Shown: in pieces, positions 35,621 to 47,597 of the stretch
How positions within the stretch are numbered: the first letter of the stretch is position 1
Layout: each line of letters starts with the position of its first letter
Assembly: GCA_002269645.1 (NCBI GenBank)
Contig: NIVC01003940.1
Coordinates: 4,647 to 68,646 of the forward strand
Source: Macrostomum lignano
Taxonomy: Eukaryota
Direction: 5' to 3'
DNA length: 64,000 nt
Position numbers and translations under genes: made by a program
Notes under the pieces: model-generated
The model's database searches: none
What the model saw: only the letters and a program-made list of their open reading frames with translations
What the model was told of the DNA's origin: nothing

Positions 35621-36851
35621 AGATGAATAAAATCCTCTTCAGTTCGCGAATTTTTAGGCTTAAATTTATTCAATTATACAGGCGAAGATTTTACTTCTGC
35701 AGCTTCCACAGCCAAAATTTGCCAGTTCACCTGCCCTGTAATTCAGTTTCCGTCGACTTTCAATGGCTGCGATTTGTGCCACCGAAACTGCAACTGAAAT
35801 AATGCTAAGAAATCAAACCTTACTATTTAGCACTTAAAGTTTTATGCAGAGCACAATGGAGAGCAACCTATCGAAGTTAAAAAGCATTAGAGAGCCATGG
35901 AGTACACTGCAATAAAAATGACATCGAAAATGATCAAAAAAGAGCGCTGCGTCACTGAACAAAGCAAAGATCAAGTCCTCGGTCGAATAAAATCTCACCA
36001 GAGCAAAAGCAGCAACTGGGGACACAAAAATGGAGTCTTCAAGTCTTCTTTAGGCCTCCGATCCCACAGCCAGATTCTACTCGCGACGCTCCTCCTCCTT
36101 GCCTGCTTCTTCTTTCTTCGATCTCTTCTTCCTTCTGGCTGCGAGGTTGTTTGGCAGGTTGCTCCAAGTCGGTCTCGACACTGATTAACAACATTTTCTC
36201 CTGCTCCTGCACCAGGACGTCCTGTCAGTCGCATTCCCTCTTTTTGTGCTCTCATATTGATGTCGGCCAGTCGCTTCTTGTAGTCGTCCAGCTGCTGCTG
36301 CTGCTGTGCTACGACTTCAGCGAGCGATGCCCTCAACCTGAACATTATCGACAAATAAGGGACAAATAATGCACAAATAATTCATTACCCACAAAAAATG
36401 CGCGATTTCGTCTCACTGTAAAAATGCAATATTCCTGCTACTTGCAAATTTTGCTCGCTCAAACTGAGAGTCCATCTGTGGCAATCTGAATTAGAAATTT
36501 TTCTCTTTCATCAATTTTCGGAAAAAAAGTTTTGTCAAACAAAAAATGCAATTTGGAAAACCATTTACAACCTGAAATCAAAGTTGACATAGTTGACAAA
36601 GTTAGCGGTTATAAGTAATTAATGATCGGTCATTAGAAGTCTTGGTAGGTAAAAAGGCAAAGAAAAGTTCTAATCTTTAGAATGCCAGTTATATTTAATA
36701 GCAAAGAGCTCTATGTATGTTTAAAAATGGGACCGACTAAACTTTTTCTATCAGAAAGTACAGCTCCTGCCTCGTAACCAAGAACTCTGAAGTTATTGAA
36801 GACTTGTAGGAACTTCTTAAAATCATTTGCAGAAGTTATTCCTCCAACCAG

Positions 36852-39800
36852 TTAATTAGTCAGCTTGTCAATGAGCTGCCGCAGCACGATGTTGCGCGTC
36901 CTGCCGCTCGAAGCTCGCACCTTGACGCCCTCTGCAATCTGCGCATGACTCAGAGCCACGTAGAGCTGGCCATGTTGATAGCAGGCCATCGCCAGGCCAA
37001 CGGCGTAGGTGCTCAGCGTCTGGCCTTTGCTATGGTGGATGGTCATGGCGAAACACAATCGGATCGGTAACTGCAGGCGGCGGAAGGTGAAGGGCAGCTC
37101 GGTTGGACCCGGTTCCTGTTGGATCCGCGGGATGAGAACCTGCCGCCCGTGGTAGCTGACGCCCGTGGCGACCTCCGAAAGCAGTACGTTGTCCCGCAGT
37201 TCGCGAAGCAGCAGCCGGGTCTCGTGGCACATCAGCGGAGGGTCCAGATTCATCGTCATCATGACCGGCATGCCGACCTTCAGCTCTAGCCGGTGATGTG
37301 GCAGGCCGTTGGGGTCCAGCCGGTTCAGCAGCTCCGGTAGGGAAGTTGCTCGCTGCCCCATCGTCGTGCGGAAATCGAGTCGACCGACAGGTAGACCCGA
37401 CTCTCACCGGGAAGCAGCGCCAAGCAGGTGACGTTGGCTTCGTCCAGGGTCTTGTTGAGCGGTCTTGTCTTGCTCCGCGAACATCTGGTTGGTTCAAACG
37501 ATGGTTAGACGTGCCGGATGAGCTACTAGTTTTGTCCTCAGGCTTGAAAATAGCTAAATTCAACATTCAGCGTTCAAGCTCAAGTTTTTCGATAGATCTT
37601 GGTTAATTCTAAAATAAGGTTGTAGTGTGCGTACGCACGGTATCTTAGCCCAAAGTGTACGCCCGGGCGGTCTGATTGGCTGCAGAGCGGGGTGGGTGCC
37701 GCCACCCCAAAAATTCTAGCTCTAAATATATAGATGTGTGCCCAGTGCGGCGAGAGTGTAAGAGTTTCGGCTACACCGCAAACACGGCCTCTGTCTCAGT
37801 TACTACAAAGGTTAAAGGAAATTCACCTGATCTGGCTCAACACGTGGCTCAGGCAGTCCGTAGGCAAGCAGCTCAGTTCCTCCCATGGTGTCCAGCAGTG
37901 TCTGCAGCTCTCGCTAAACCTCCAACTCGGCAGCCTCTGGGCTATAGCCTTAGTCTAGCAGATCAACTCGCCGGAGAACTTCTGCCACAGCTTTGCAGGG
38001 TCGCTGGGGCCGCCTGCATGGCGACACAAAATGGCAGCGAAAAGGCGGCACAGAGCCGCTGGCAATCGCGTCTCCGTGGCTTCGCACAGGCAAAGTCACC
38101 ATGGTGCCTGTCGTCTTCCAGCAGTCCACGAGTCTGGCAGGCGGCGGCAGTCCTCTGAAGGTCGGCAGCAGGACGCCATCAACGGTGCGCAACGCCTCGA
38201 ATGACGTCGGGCCTCGAACATTCACCAGCAGCAGGCGCAGGCAGAAACTGTCTCCCGTCCGAGGGCTAACTGTGTAGACGCGGCCGTTGTTGCCAGTCGT
38301 CAGCACGCCAGCTGGCTGATCGGCAGTCTCTCGGCTGTGCCTCGCGCGATGCCACTGGTGCGCCCTGTTGTCTCAGGTGAAGTTCCGGGGTACCTCCTGG
38401 TACAGCAGGTCTCGCGCAACTGCATCCTGGTCGTCCTTCAGGCTGATGAAGGGCCAGCCTGATGACAGCCGGATACCGACTGTTCATGTGCACTTAAAAG
38501 CCCAAGATGGTGCTGACCACCTCCATGGGACTAAAGTACCCGCCCAGAAGGTGCTGCCTGACTTGCGCTTCGCTGGCGCCGCCTTGGTCTGAGCTGACTG
38601 ATGGGGCTGCTGATCGCCACTTTCCTGAAGAGCCGCCGCGTCGCTAGCCGTAGTAGCATGGCTGTCGGCCTTCGCATCAGCAGCAGCAGCTAGCTCCTTC
38701 CGGACTTGGAATGTCGCTGCCCTTAAATATAAGGGTACCGACGTAGTTTAATGCCTTGACTGTCGCGCAGATCTAGACGTTCAGGTGAGACCTAAACTCG
38801 TGCAGAAGCACAGGGCAGTAAGCACCACCTAGCGCGGTTGTCAAAGGTGAAATTTGCCTTCTGACCGCCGCGCAGCTTTGCGACCTTGGCCACCGAGAAG
38901 CCGCTTATCTAAGTTAATATGCGATGATAGTGCGGGTAGCCGTCCTCTTGAATCATGGTGACCGCCTAGAACTCTCTCGGATAGCGCTTGCTACATGCGC
39001 CATTCTCCATGCACTACGCGTCTGGATTCAGCTGCATTACACAGGGACCATGTGTTGTATTTTCTGCTTCCGTCCGTGCGGACCGCAGACGGGTGATCAG
39101 GGGTTTGGGTACTGGACTGCCCAGAGCTTGCCGGCTGGGATAGGCGAGAGAGTGGCGACCCCCGAGGCGTACGGACACTTCGAGGTGGAGGTGGAGAGGC
39201 TGGGAGCGTACAGACACTCGGCCAGCCCCACGGAGAGAGGGAGACGCAGATGAGGAGGCTGTGAGCAGGTAGCCACTCAGCAGCAACAGCAGAGGTGAGC
39301 ACGGGTCTGGAGGCGTACAGACACTTCGCAGACCCGAAGGAAGACGGTGGCGAGAGAGGTGAATAATGAAGGCGGGACAAATTAACGAAAGCGAACGCTG
39401 TCTTACCGGGCGGGGTCACTTGTCGCGCTCATGCAGGCGTGGCCTCTAATATCTCAGCCTCAGTTGACTGTATTTCAATTTCAAGCTTCACTTTCACTCA
39501 AACACGTGTAGAGCTAGAGTTGTAGAGAGAGAGAGCAGGGAGGGCGAGAGCCGGGCGAGGGCCGCGCGCGCACATAAATACTGGGTGAGCACTGAGCAGG
39601 GGACTGGGGAGGGCTTAGCCACGCAGGGCTGGGGGGTGGGGGCAAAACTCACAGAGTTGAAGGGCGAGAGGGAAGGCTAGCCAATCAGGTGCCTCCACGG
39701 CGAGACACATGATTGGACTAGCCCACGCGAGAGAGAGAGATGAAAATACGCCAGCCAATGAAAATGTGGGCTGATGAAAGTGAGAACAAAAAACGAATAG

Positions 39801-40680
39801 CAGCTTTAGACGGAGGGGGCAAACCAGAAAAAACCAGTGGCAGGGAGAGGAGGGGCGGAGAGCGCAGAGGTCGGGGCAAGGGCATTGCGAGGCGCAGCTC
39901 ACAACACCGACCAGCTTGTGCGTCGGCAACGGGATCCGGGAGTTCTGCACTGATGATGGCGACATACTGACCCGGCTTCAGCTTAACAGTCAACCAAAGC
40001 AGTGCGTGCACGTGGGGAAGACCTACTTGGAGTGGGATTGGAAAATGAAAGTTTCGATCTAACCAGATGATCAGCAAATACATATATAATGATTCTGTTC
40101 CTATGAATAACTTTTTAAACCATTTTATTAGTACATAATAAAGTAGGCAATCAATAATGGCATGATAGTAGTTACTTCGCTTCTGGCACTCGAGAGCGCA
40201 GACTCGAGCCAGCGTGTCGCCAAACAGAATCTTCAGCCTGTCGAGGAAGGTCTTCTTTGGCTCGAACACCCAGTCGGTGATACCCGGCCGGCTGATCCAC
40301 GGCAGTTTGGCCAGCAGCAGCTCAGAAAGGATCTCAGGCCATTTCGGGTTACACTTCATTGTCAGGAACAGGTCTGGGCGGCCGAAGGCGTGCACATACG
40401 CCATGGCATCCTGCTGACGTTCTAGACGGTACCGAGGGTCACCGACGTTAGCTAGACGTCAGGATGACCTGGTTCCCGATGTCGATCCCCCTGGGGTCGA
40501 TCTCGCTCGGGTGTCCGTCATTCGCGTGGAGGGTGTCTCGCAATTTGTGCAAGCGCTTTGACAGAAGTTCCTTCCGGTGCAGCCAGATGTAGTTAAGCCT
40601 CTCCAACTCAATCTTGGCAGTAATCCTGAGCACATCAAGCGCCAATACTGTACGCAGGCACGCACTCGTACAACGCTCAC
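36852..40680 (-). mobile_element. Degenerate Helitron (Rep/PIF1 helicase), fragmented by indels, an interruption at ~38600-39900 and loss of the helicase core
   Basis: KIELERL, DAMAYV..FGRPDLFLT.KCNPKWPEI, ECQKR|.LPHVH, ISAELPDP, PAVIRLALH, GRVYTVSP..G..F.LRLLL..VRGPTSF..LRTV, LPHHRLELKVGMPVM, FRRLQLPIRLCFAMTI..SKGQTL. Confidence 0.92.
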
Positions 40681-42034
40681 ACAGGACGCTATCTAAAATT
40701 TTCAGGACATTTCAATAGAATTCCTTCATACTGTACAGATTTTCCTTGAATAAAAGTTACTTTTTGAACGTGATATTTGATTTTTGGCTGGCTGGAAAGC
40801 AGTTTAAGCACTGTAAGTAAAGTAGCTACGTTGCACGCATACAGTATACATGTATAGCCAACGGGTTTATTCAAGAACGGGGCCCAGTTGACTCTCACGT
40901 GTCCGCTGCAAACCAATTCAGTGACCAGGAAAATCTCTGCTTCGTGGCTGTTTTGGCAATTGATTATTCAATGCAGAGGAAGTTTTGTATGAAGTAATAT
41001 GAAGGAAATGAAGGAATCTTTCAATTTCTTAATAGCTATTTGATAACGAAAGTCAGTTTCAATATTTGCATCCAATCTTCTTCAAGCTGTACCAGCGAGT
41101 TTCCTATTAAAAGATTGAGTAGCCATACATGTATATCCCTATTTTCCTTAAATAGATACAACACTCTTGGCTTTGACGAATCTGAGCAAAAAATTCGTTT
41201 CATTTTCACTTCAGTCAGTGTCCTAGTGTTGCTACTATGCATAGTAGCTATAGTGTGCTTTGTATTGGTTTAGTTTGTTCCGTCATTTTAAAATTCCAAT
41301 TAGGTGAAGAAAATGACAATATTTTTAAAACTTTATTGTAATAGAATCTAAAAACAACTAAAAAGAAAAGACAACGAAATAGCAAAACTGTTATATTTGA
41401 ACATTTTAATTTCGAAGAAGTTGGAAAATTTTGATGATGAAACTTTCATTTTTCTTAGCTTAAAAAATTATACAATTTCAAAGTGACCGTACAGTAATGT
41501 AAAACAGCAAACGTACGCTTAAGCTGCTACCTTGTAAATTTGTTTATTAAAAGTTAGAAATTGATATCAGACAGTTAATCGAGTACATAAATATTTAAAG
41601 ATAAAAAGTTTCATTTAGAAAGGTTAAGAACGTAATTTTTTCAAACGGAAAGGTTAGCTGGTTTAAGATATTTAATTTTCTGATGAAGTGGAGTCAAAAA
41701 TAGGAATGGGTCCATATAACTACAGCCACAAGCAAAAGTATATCATGGAATGCGGAACTCAATCCAAAAAAAATCCAAGAAAAAATAGCTGCTACAAAGA
41801 AGTAAAATTTATCCCAGGGACAACTGCAGAGGAACTGCACTCGATTTTCTTAGAAATGAGCTGAATGCCGACAAGGAATGCACATTTTTAGTACCGCCAC
41901 AAAGTGACTTTAGTACATCTACTCGAACCGGTGTGCTTCTCAAGAAGAGTTAATTATGTCGACCCAGCTTGTCTATGGTGAAGCCCTTTTGAGCACTATG
42001 CTTTCTCTAAAGTAATAAAAGAATTATTTAAAAC

Positions 42035-42326
42035 ACCTGCCCTAATGGTCAAATGTGCAACTGAGAGACAGCTCAGCCGCAGCTATTGCGCGGCGCATCT
42101 GATGGCTGCGTACGTCTGTTCAGTCCAAGGACTGGGGGGTCGCCACACACACCCTCAATTACCCCAGCTAATGCTGGCACCCATTTTACAGCTGGTTGAA
42201 CTGAAGCAATGCAGAGTTAAGTGTCTTGCTCAAGGACACAATTTGTCCTAAGTGGATCGAGAATCGAACCCCCGACCTTTTAATCACGAGTCCGACTCTC
42301 TGACCACAATAGGCTATACAACTCCC
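42035..42326 (-). mobile_element. tRNA-derived CORE-type SINE (degenerate counterpart at ~21560-21720)
   Basis: A-box TAGCCTATTGTGG, B-box GGTTCGATTC, then TGTGTCCTTGAGCAAGACACTTAAC...CTGTAAAATGGG, similar to the MIR/CORE consensus. Confidence 0.75.
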
Positions 42327-42590
42327 TGTTACCGACCTCCAGCTCATTTCTGAGATAATCGGCGCCAAAAAGTGTTTAGCCAATGATAACCACTACAAGT
42401 AATGGCCTTGAGCCTGCCAATTTAGTGCTACAATGAGATATTTAACATTCTTCCAATGCAATATCCCTCGAAAACTATGGGTTTTGATTGGATTTTGGTT
42501 CGATGCTTTAGTAGGCTGTTCGATTTCACAATGCTTCCTTATCTTAGAGCAATTTACTCATTGATATCCAGCGTTTAACTCCTTAACTTC

Positions 42591-43051
42591 TTAGTTGCAG
42601 TTGGCACGAGCGACGGCTGCAATGACGACCTTTCCAGCAGGACCGCTGTTGTGCCCGTTCGATCCCTCGGGGTTCCTGCCCGATGCGTCCACGTAGCTGC
42701 CGCCTCCGCCTCCTCCATTGCCGCTGCTGCTTCCAGTTCCGCCGCAACCACCGGAGTAGCCGCCGCCTCCGCCGCCGCCGCCTTCACTGTCACTACCGTC
42801 TGTGCCGCCGCCTCCGCCGCCTCCGCCGTAGCCACCATCGCCGTTGCTGTTTGCGCCGCCTCCCGCCCAGCTTCCGGTGGCACTCTTTCCTCCATAGCCT
42901 CCATCGTCGCCTGTGGGTCCGGAACCTCCAGCAGAGCCCCAACCAGCGCCACTGCCGCCAGACCTGTCAGTGCCCTTGCTGGGACCTCCCTGTCCGACAG
43001 TCGAGCCAGAGCAAGTGCTGCTAGTGCCAGCGTTGCCGTCTTGGGTTTGGG
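42591..43051 (-). CDS. Paralog 3 exon 2: C-terminal half only of the glycine-rich domain (possibly a pseudogene)
   Basis: Near-identical to the paralog 2 GRD from 43040 down to ~42600; candidate phase-1 acceptor GATCAG at 43052; stop at 42591. Confidence 0.55.
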
Positions 43052-43766
43052 CTGATCCCAGAGAATTCCTGTGGTACAAAACAGATCTATTGAAGCTTTT
43101 AAGCGTCTAAGAAACTCATAAGCATGTACCCGGTATGCAGGCTCTGATCGATCCTATACAACTCATGATGACCCATCAATAAGCACGTGTGGACTTGAAA
43201 CTTATATACATATGTTAGCAATAATATGTAAGAATCGTCTCCTAGAAAGAGTGCAAAGGTGACAGAGAAAAACATAATTAACAAGTCTTATATATTACTT
43301 TAAGAAATAGCTCCCAAATCAGAGAGAAAAATGACAAAGACCAACTGCCAGTAGTCAATACTGCACTTAGGCCAATATGCGAATGTAGAATTTGAAAAAT
43401 GTTGCATCATCATGATCGGTTCTTTCTTTAACTCCCTGGTCCCTGATTCATATATGCGCCGGCATTTCGACAGATGAAATTCCTCTAGGGAGAGACTATA
43501 CGCTCGTACTATTCCATAGGTAGAAGAGGATATGATGTACAATATTATTATACATGTACAGCCAGTAAGGCATAAATGATGTACTTCGTTTCACTTATGC
43601 TTTTATCAGCTTTGACTCCACTAAGAGAGAAAAAGTAGTGGCGTAAATAATTGTGTGCATATAAATTTTATACAGGCCGATTGCTTGAAAAATATATATT
43701 AAGATTTCTCAACGCCTATTGTATAGCATTAATTATACAAACAGAAACATTAAAAATTCCGCCTAC

Positions 43767-44193
43767 CACTAAAGACGACCATCGGCGTTGCAGTCGTTGA
43801 GGTCGTAGTCGAAGTCGTAATCGGAGTCGTAGTGGTCGGAGCCGCAGGTCTCATCGAAGTAGTCTCACAATCTGCTCTGGTTCGCAGCACCTGCGTGTTG
43901 CAGACCGGCCCGGTGCTGAGCTGCCAGTAAAGCAGCAGGTTGCAGCTGTCTCCGAGAATGCATGACCGGTTGCTATGCAAGTACTCATAGACTGAGCACA
44001 GGGTCGTGTTGCTCGCGCATTCGACAGCGCACACTCGAGCATCGGCGACCCCGAGCACTGTGCGCTGACCGCTCGCATCAGTCGCAGCATTGTAGCACAG
44101 GTCCGGCCTCTTGTCGAAGACAAAAGTCAGTGGAGATGTAAGTGAAACCAGAACTGCCAATATAATGGCAATTCTGAGAATACTTGTAGACAT
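43767..44193 (-). CDS. Paralog 3 exon 1: signal peptide + PAN/apple-like domain + very short Thr stalk
   Basis: ORF 43750-44193, highly similar to paralogs 1 and 2; phase-1 donor G|GTAGGC at 43766. Confidence 0.78.
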
Positions 44194-46939
44194 TAACTAT
44201 AATTCCAGCTGAAAAAGCAATTGCTGCAGATAAAAGCTGTCTTAGTTAACGGAGCTGTGCAGAGGAGCGCGCTGATGCAGCAACTTTATAGCCATTTCAA
44301 GTTGCCAATTGTGCGCTTCACCCACCCCACAATGTCTCAAGCTCGCAGTAGCTACGGAGTAAACATGTTTAGTTACCAAGGTAACTGAGTTTAAATGCTA
44401 TACCGGACTTCTATAGTCTCAAAATCGAGTGCTAATGCATTCATGAGGTTAGGGCAGAAGTCGCTGGGAAGTCAAAGAGGCATGTCTCTACGCTCGTGTG
44501 CACATTCTTGCATTGACAATCGGCTTCTTCTTCTAGTCCCCCCCCTAGCTGCTGCCGCTGCAGCACCTCTTTTCGCTGCCGGTAAAATTGCATACTTGAC
44601 TGCGCTGGGTCAAATCCCACACTAAGAAGTTTTATTCTATCTGCTTTTTGTCAGTTTTTCTGCGAGGTGGAAGCTTAGCTCCTGTTGTGTTAGAGAGCAA
44701 TATTGTTCTCACTCCGATCCCTCACTTTCCCTAGCAATCGACAGTCTCTAGAGATACTGCAGGGCTTGGTTTGACTTTTTCTCCTGATACATTCCGTGTA
44801 CCATGTAAGAGCTTCCATATTAGCCTATGCATATAGCTACATGTGTATACGGATGCATCGCATATAGTATTGCGTGCACGTAAAGAGGACCACCCCCGGC
44901 CAACAAATCGCCCCCACAAAACACCGTCACCATTTTAACTTCTGAAAAACTACATGTCAGTGAAAAGAACATGACGTCAACCAAACTTGACGAACGACGC
45001 AGAAGCTCAAATTTTGCCGCTCTTTGCATTGAACGTTTGCCTGCATTGGGATCGTTGCCAAGGGCATGTCCCCAACTAATTCTACAATAGCCTCTGTCCA
45101 CAAAGACAATTAGACGACATCAAATATCAATTGGCATTCCATTTGCTTAGGGTTGCGTCACTATAGCTTTTCAATTAATACATGTATTTCTGTGCGTCAG
45201 TGCGCGCCACTATAATTTACTAAACTCTTTTTTAATTGCTTATTTTTTGCAATAAATTTTTATTAGCGGCTCAAATCTTCCAAATAACAAAATCTGAATA
45301 ATAATGCTAATTTTGAACCCAACAATACGCAACTCGTTTAGGAAAATGTTTAGAAATACAGTACATAGTAGCAAACAATAATAAACAAAGTAACATGTAG
45401 CTCGTACACATGTGAAATAATTGTTTATATCCGCTATTAATTTTTTTTCAGATTTATGATGCTGTCTAAGAGGACTTGGTATTCTCACGTACCAAATTGT
45501 TCACAGTAAGCAATTTCCCGCTAAGCTGTTATATTAAATTATTATGTACGAGAATAAATGTAACAATAAATAACATATTTCACTCTAACAAAAATTTTAA
45601 TTTGAGTTGAGCTATATTAACATCTTCTATCGTTATTATACCCAGACACAGGTTAGGTTACATTTTAACTGCTTATTATAAAAGAAAATTTTCACGAAGC
45701 GACCAGAATTAATGCAAGAAAAATAGCCGTGTAAATAACGATGTGCTCTATATGCACAGCTTTACCTTCGAGGAAAGTTTTAATTTACCTGAAATGCCTA
45801 AAGTTAAAATTTTATACTTAAAATTAAAAGTATAGTCAAGCCCCTAAATTATGAGCTAAAAAGTTATGCTTCGAAAAATCAAAATGCTTCTGGAATTCTC
45901 AAATTCTGGAATCAAAATTGATAAAATATAACAGCCACAGTTTTGGCGTCATTTTAAACAACAAAAATTGTTGAGGCGTGCACGCATGATGACAGCGTAC
46001 GCACGACCCGCCGCGGCGTGCATGTCGCCGGCTAATGCACAGCGCAGCTGCAAGCGAGCTGTTCATGAACTCGACATTTAATGAAAGGACCCTCGACATG
46101 TTTGTGAGGTCTTACGAAAAGCAAAAACAAAAACAAACAGATAAATGTCTGACTCTAAGAACGGACTGTTTGTAGAATAGAATGTAGAGCTGAATCTTTA
46201 TTCTTTATCTTTACTATAGTATATAGTAGGCCGATGACTATGTAGCATTAACAGCATATAAAGCGAGAATTAGGGTGGCAGTTTTGCATAGATCTTTTCA
46301 AGAGTCAAGACTTCCGAAGGTTATAGAGGTATAAACCCTACCTCTATAGGGTACTTTAAGTTTAGTCATTTAATAATACTATAAGTAACTGGGGCTATGG
46401 CCTATAAATTTATAATATAGACTATGTCTATAGATATTGTACAACATAGGTATGATAGGTCATAGGCATATTCCATATAATTTTTCTTATTATTGCCTAT
46501 GCAGTAGGTCCCCTATTACATATTGAAAGCATTTAATTTTTTAGAATGTTGGCCTAACTGGCTAAATTGCTTGAATTTTTTAAACTTGGACATAGCCTTA
46601 GATTAGGCCTATGCAATAGGCCTAGCCCTAGGCTTGAATTTCATCCTATTTAACTTTCAATTTAAATATTATATTAATTATATCATATATTATAGAGTAT
46701 AGTAGGCCTAAAGTAAATAGGATATAATATCATATTCTTATTTATTTTTAATTTTATATAAAGTATATAGCTAGCTAACCTAAGTTAACATATAGATTTG
46801 TCTTGCATTTAAAGTAAAATTTTAATAAGTATAAATCATTATCAGACATAGTTCTAGTTTACTTCGTTATATTATTTCATAATTCTACTTTACTTTGTTA
46901 TATTAATTTTTCATCATGTATTTTCTTGCATCTGTACTC

Positions 46940-47597
46940 TAGAGCTGTCAAAATTAGAGATTTTATTCGAGACGAGATTTGAGACGAAAAAGGCTTATAA
47001 GTCAAGAATTTCGAGACAAGACAAGACAAAGTAAATCTAAAAAATATATTTCAGAATTGCATCTTGTCTTGCTCTTATCTTGCCTTATCTTGTCTTAAAT
47101 GTCTTGATAAGATACAATTCTAAAATATATTTTTTTAGATTTTGCAGAATACTTTCTTAATTCTAGTTTAAATTCTTTGCTATTTATTCATAAGAATTTA
47201 TGCTTGTAACATATAGGCCCTTGGCCCTACTATGTCTATTACTAATTCGTCAAAAAAGACCTGTGTAGATTGTCTTCAAGTGTGCTATGATACACCTTGC
47301 TGTAGAACTGAAATGATAACTAAAAGAACGCATATGCAATGCAAACTTGTATATAACGATGTTCGTTAAATAATTGCTTGATATTGGCTAGATTTTACCA
47401 TTTGAAAATTGCCCTATCAAGCGTGTTACAACAAACAACAACAATCTTATCACTTAAAAGCTTTTGAAAAAAGGTATCAGAAAAATTCTTGAATCTCGTC
47501 TCGAATTTCTTGACAAAATTCGAGATTTCTTGAGACGAGAAAAAATGTCGAGATCTTGTCTCGAATCTTGTCTCTTCAAGATCTCGTGACAGCTCTA
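46940..47597. mobile_element. hAT-type MITE, 658 bp
   Basis: 11-bp TIR TAGAGCTGTCA/TGACAGCTCTA; perfect 8-bp TSD CTGTACTC (46932-46939, 47598-47605); subterminal GAGAC/GTCTC arrays. Confidence 0.92.

Noticed and set aside
36400-36852. Helitron 3' hairpin plus CTRR terminus
   Set aside because: I could not find a convincing one, so the element boundary is left at the helicase stop.
32866-39770. Shared inverted 16-mer TTTTCATTGGCTGGCG (~32866 and ~39750) as element ends
   Set aside because: A CCAAT-containing short match with no extended homology or TSD.
42250-42326. tRNA gene
   Set aside because: A and B boxes are present, but there is no complete cloverleaf and the sequence continues into a CORE-like domain, so it is a SINE head.
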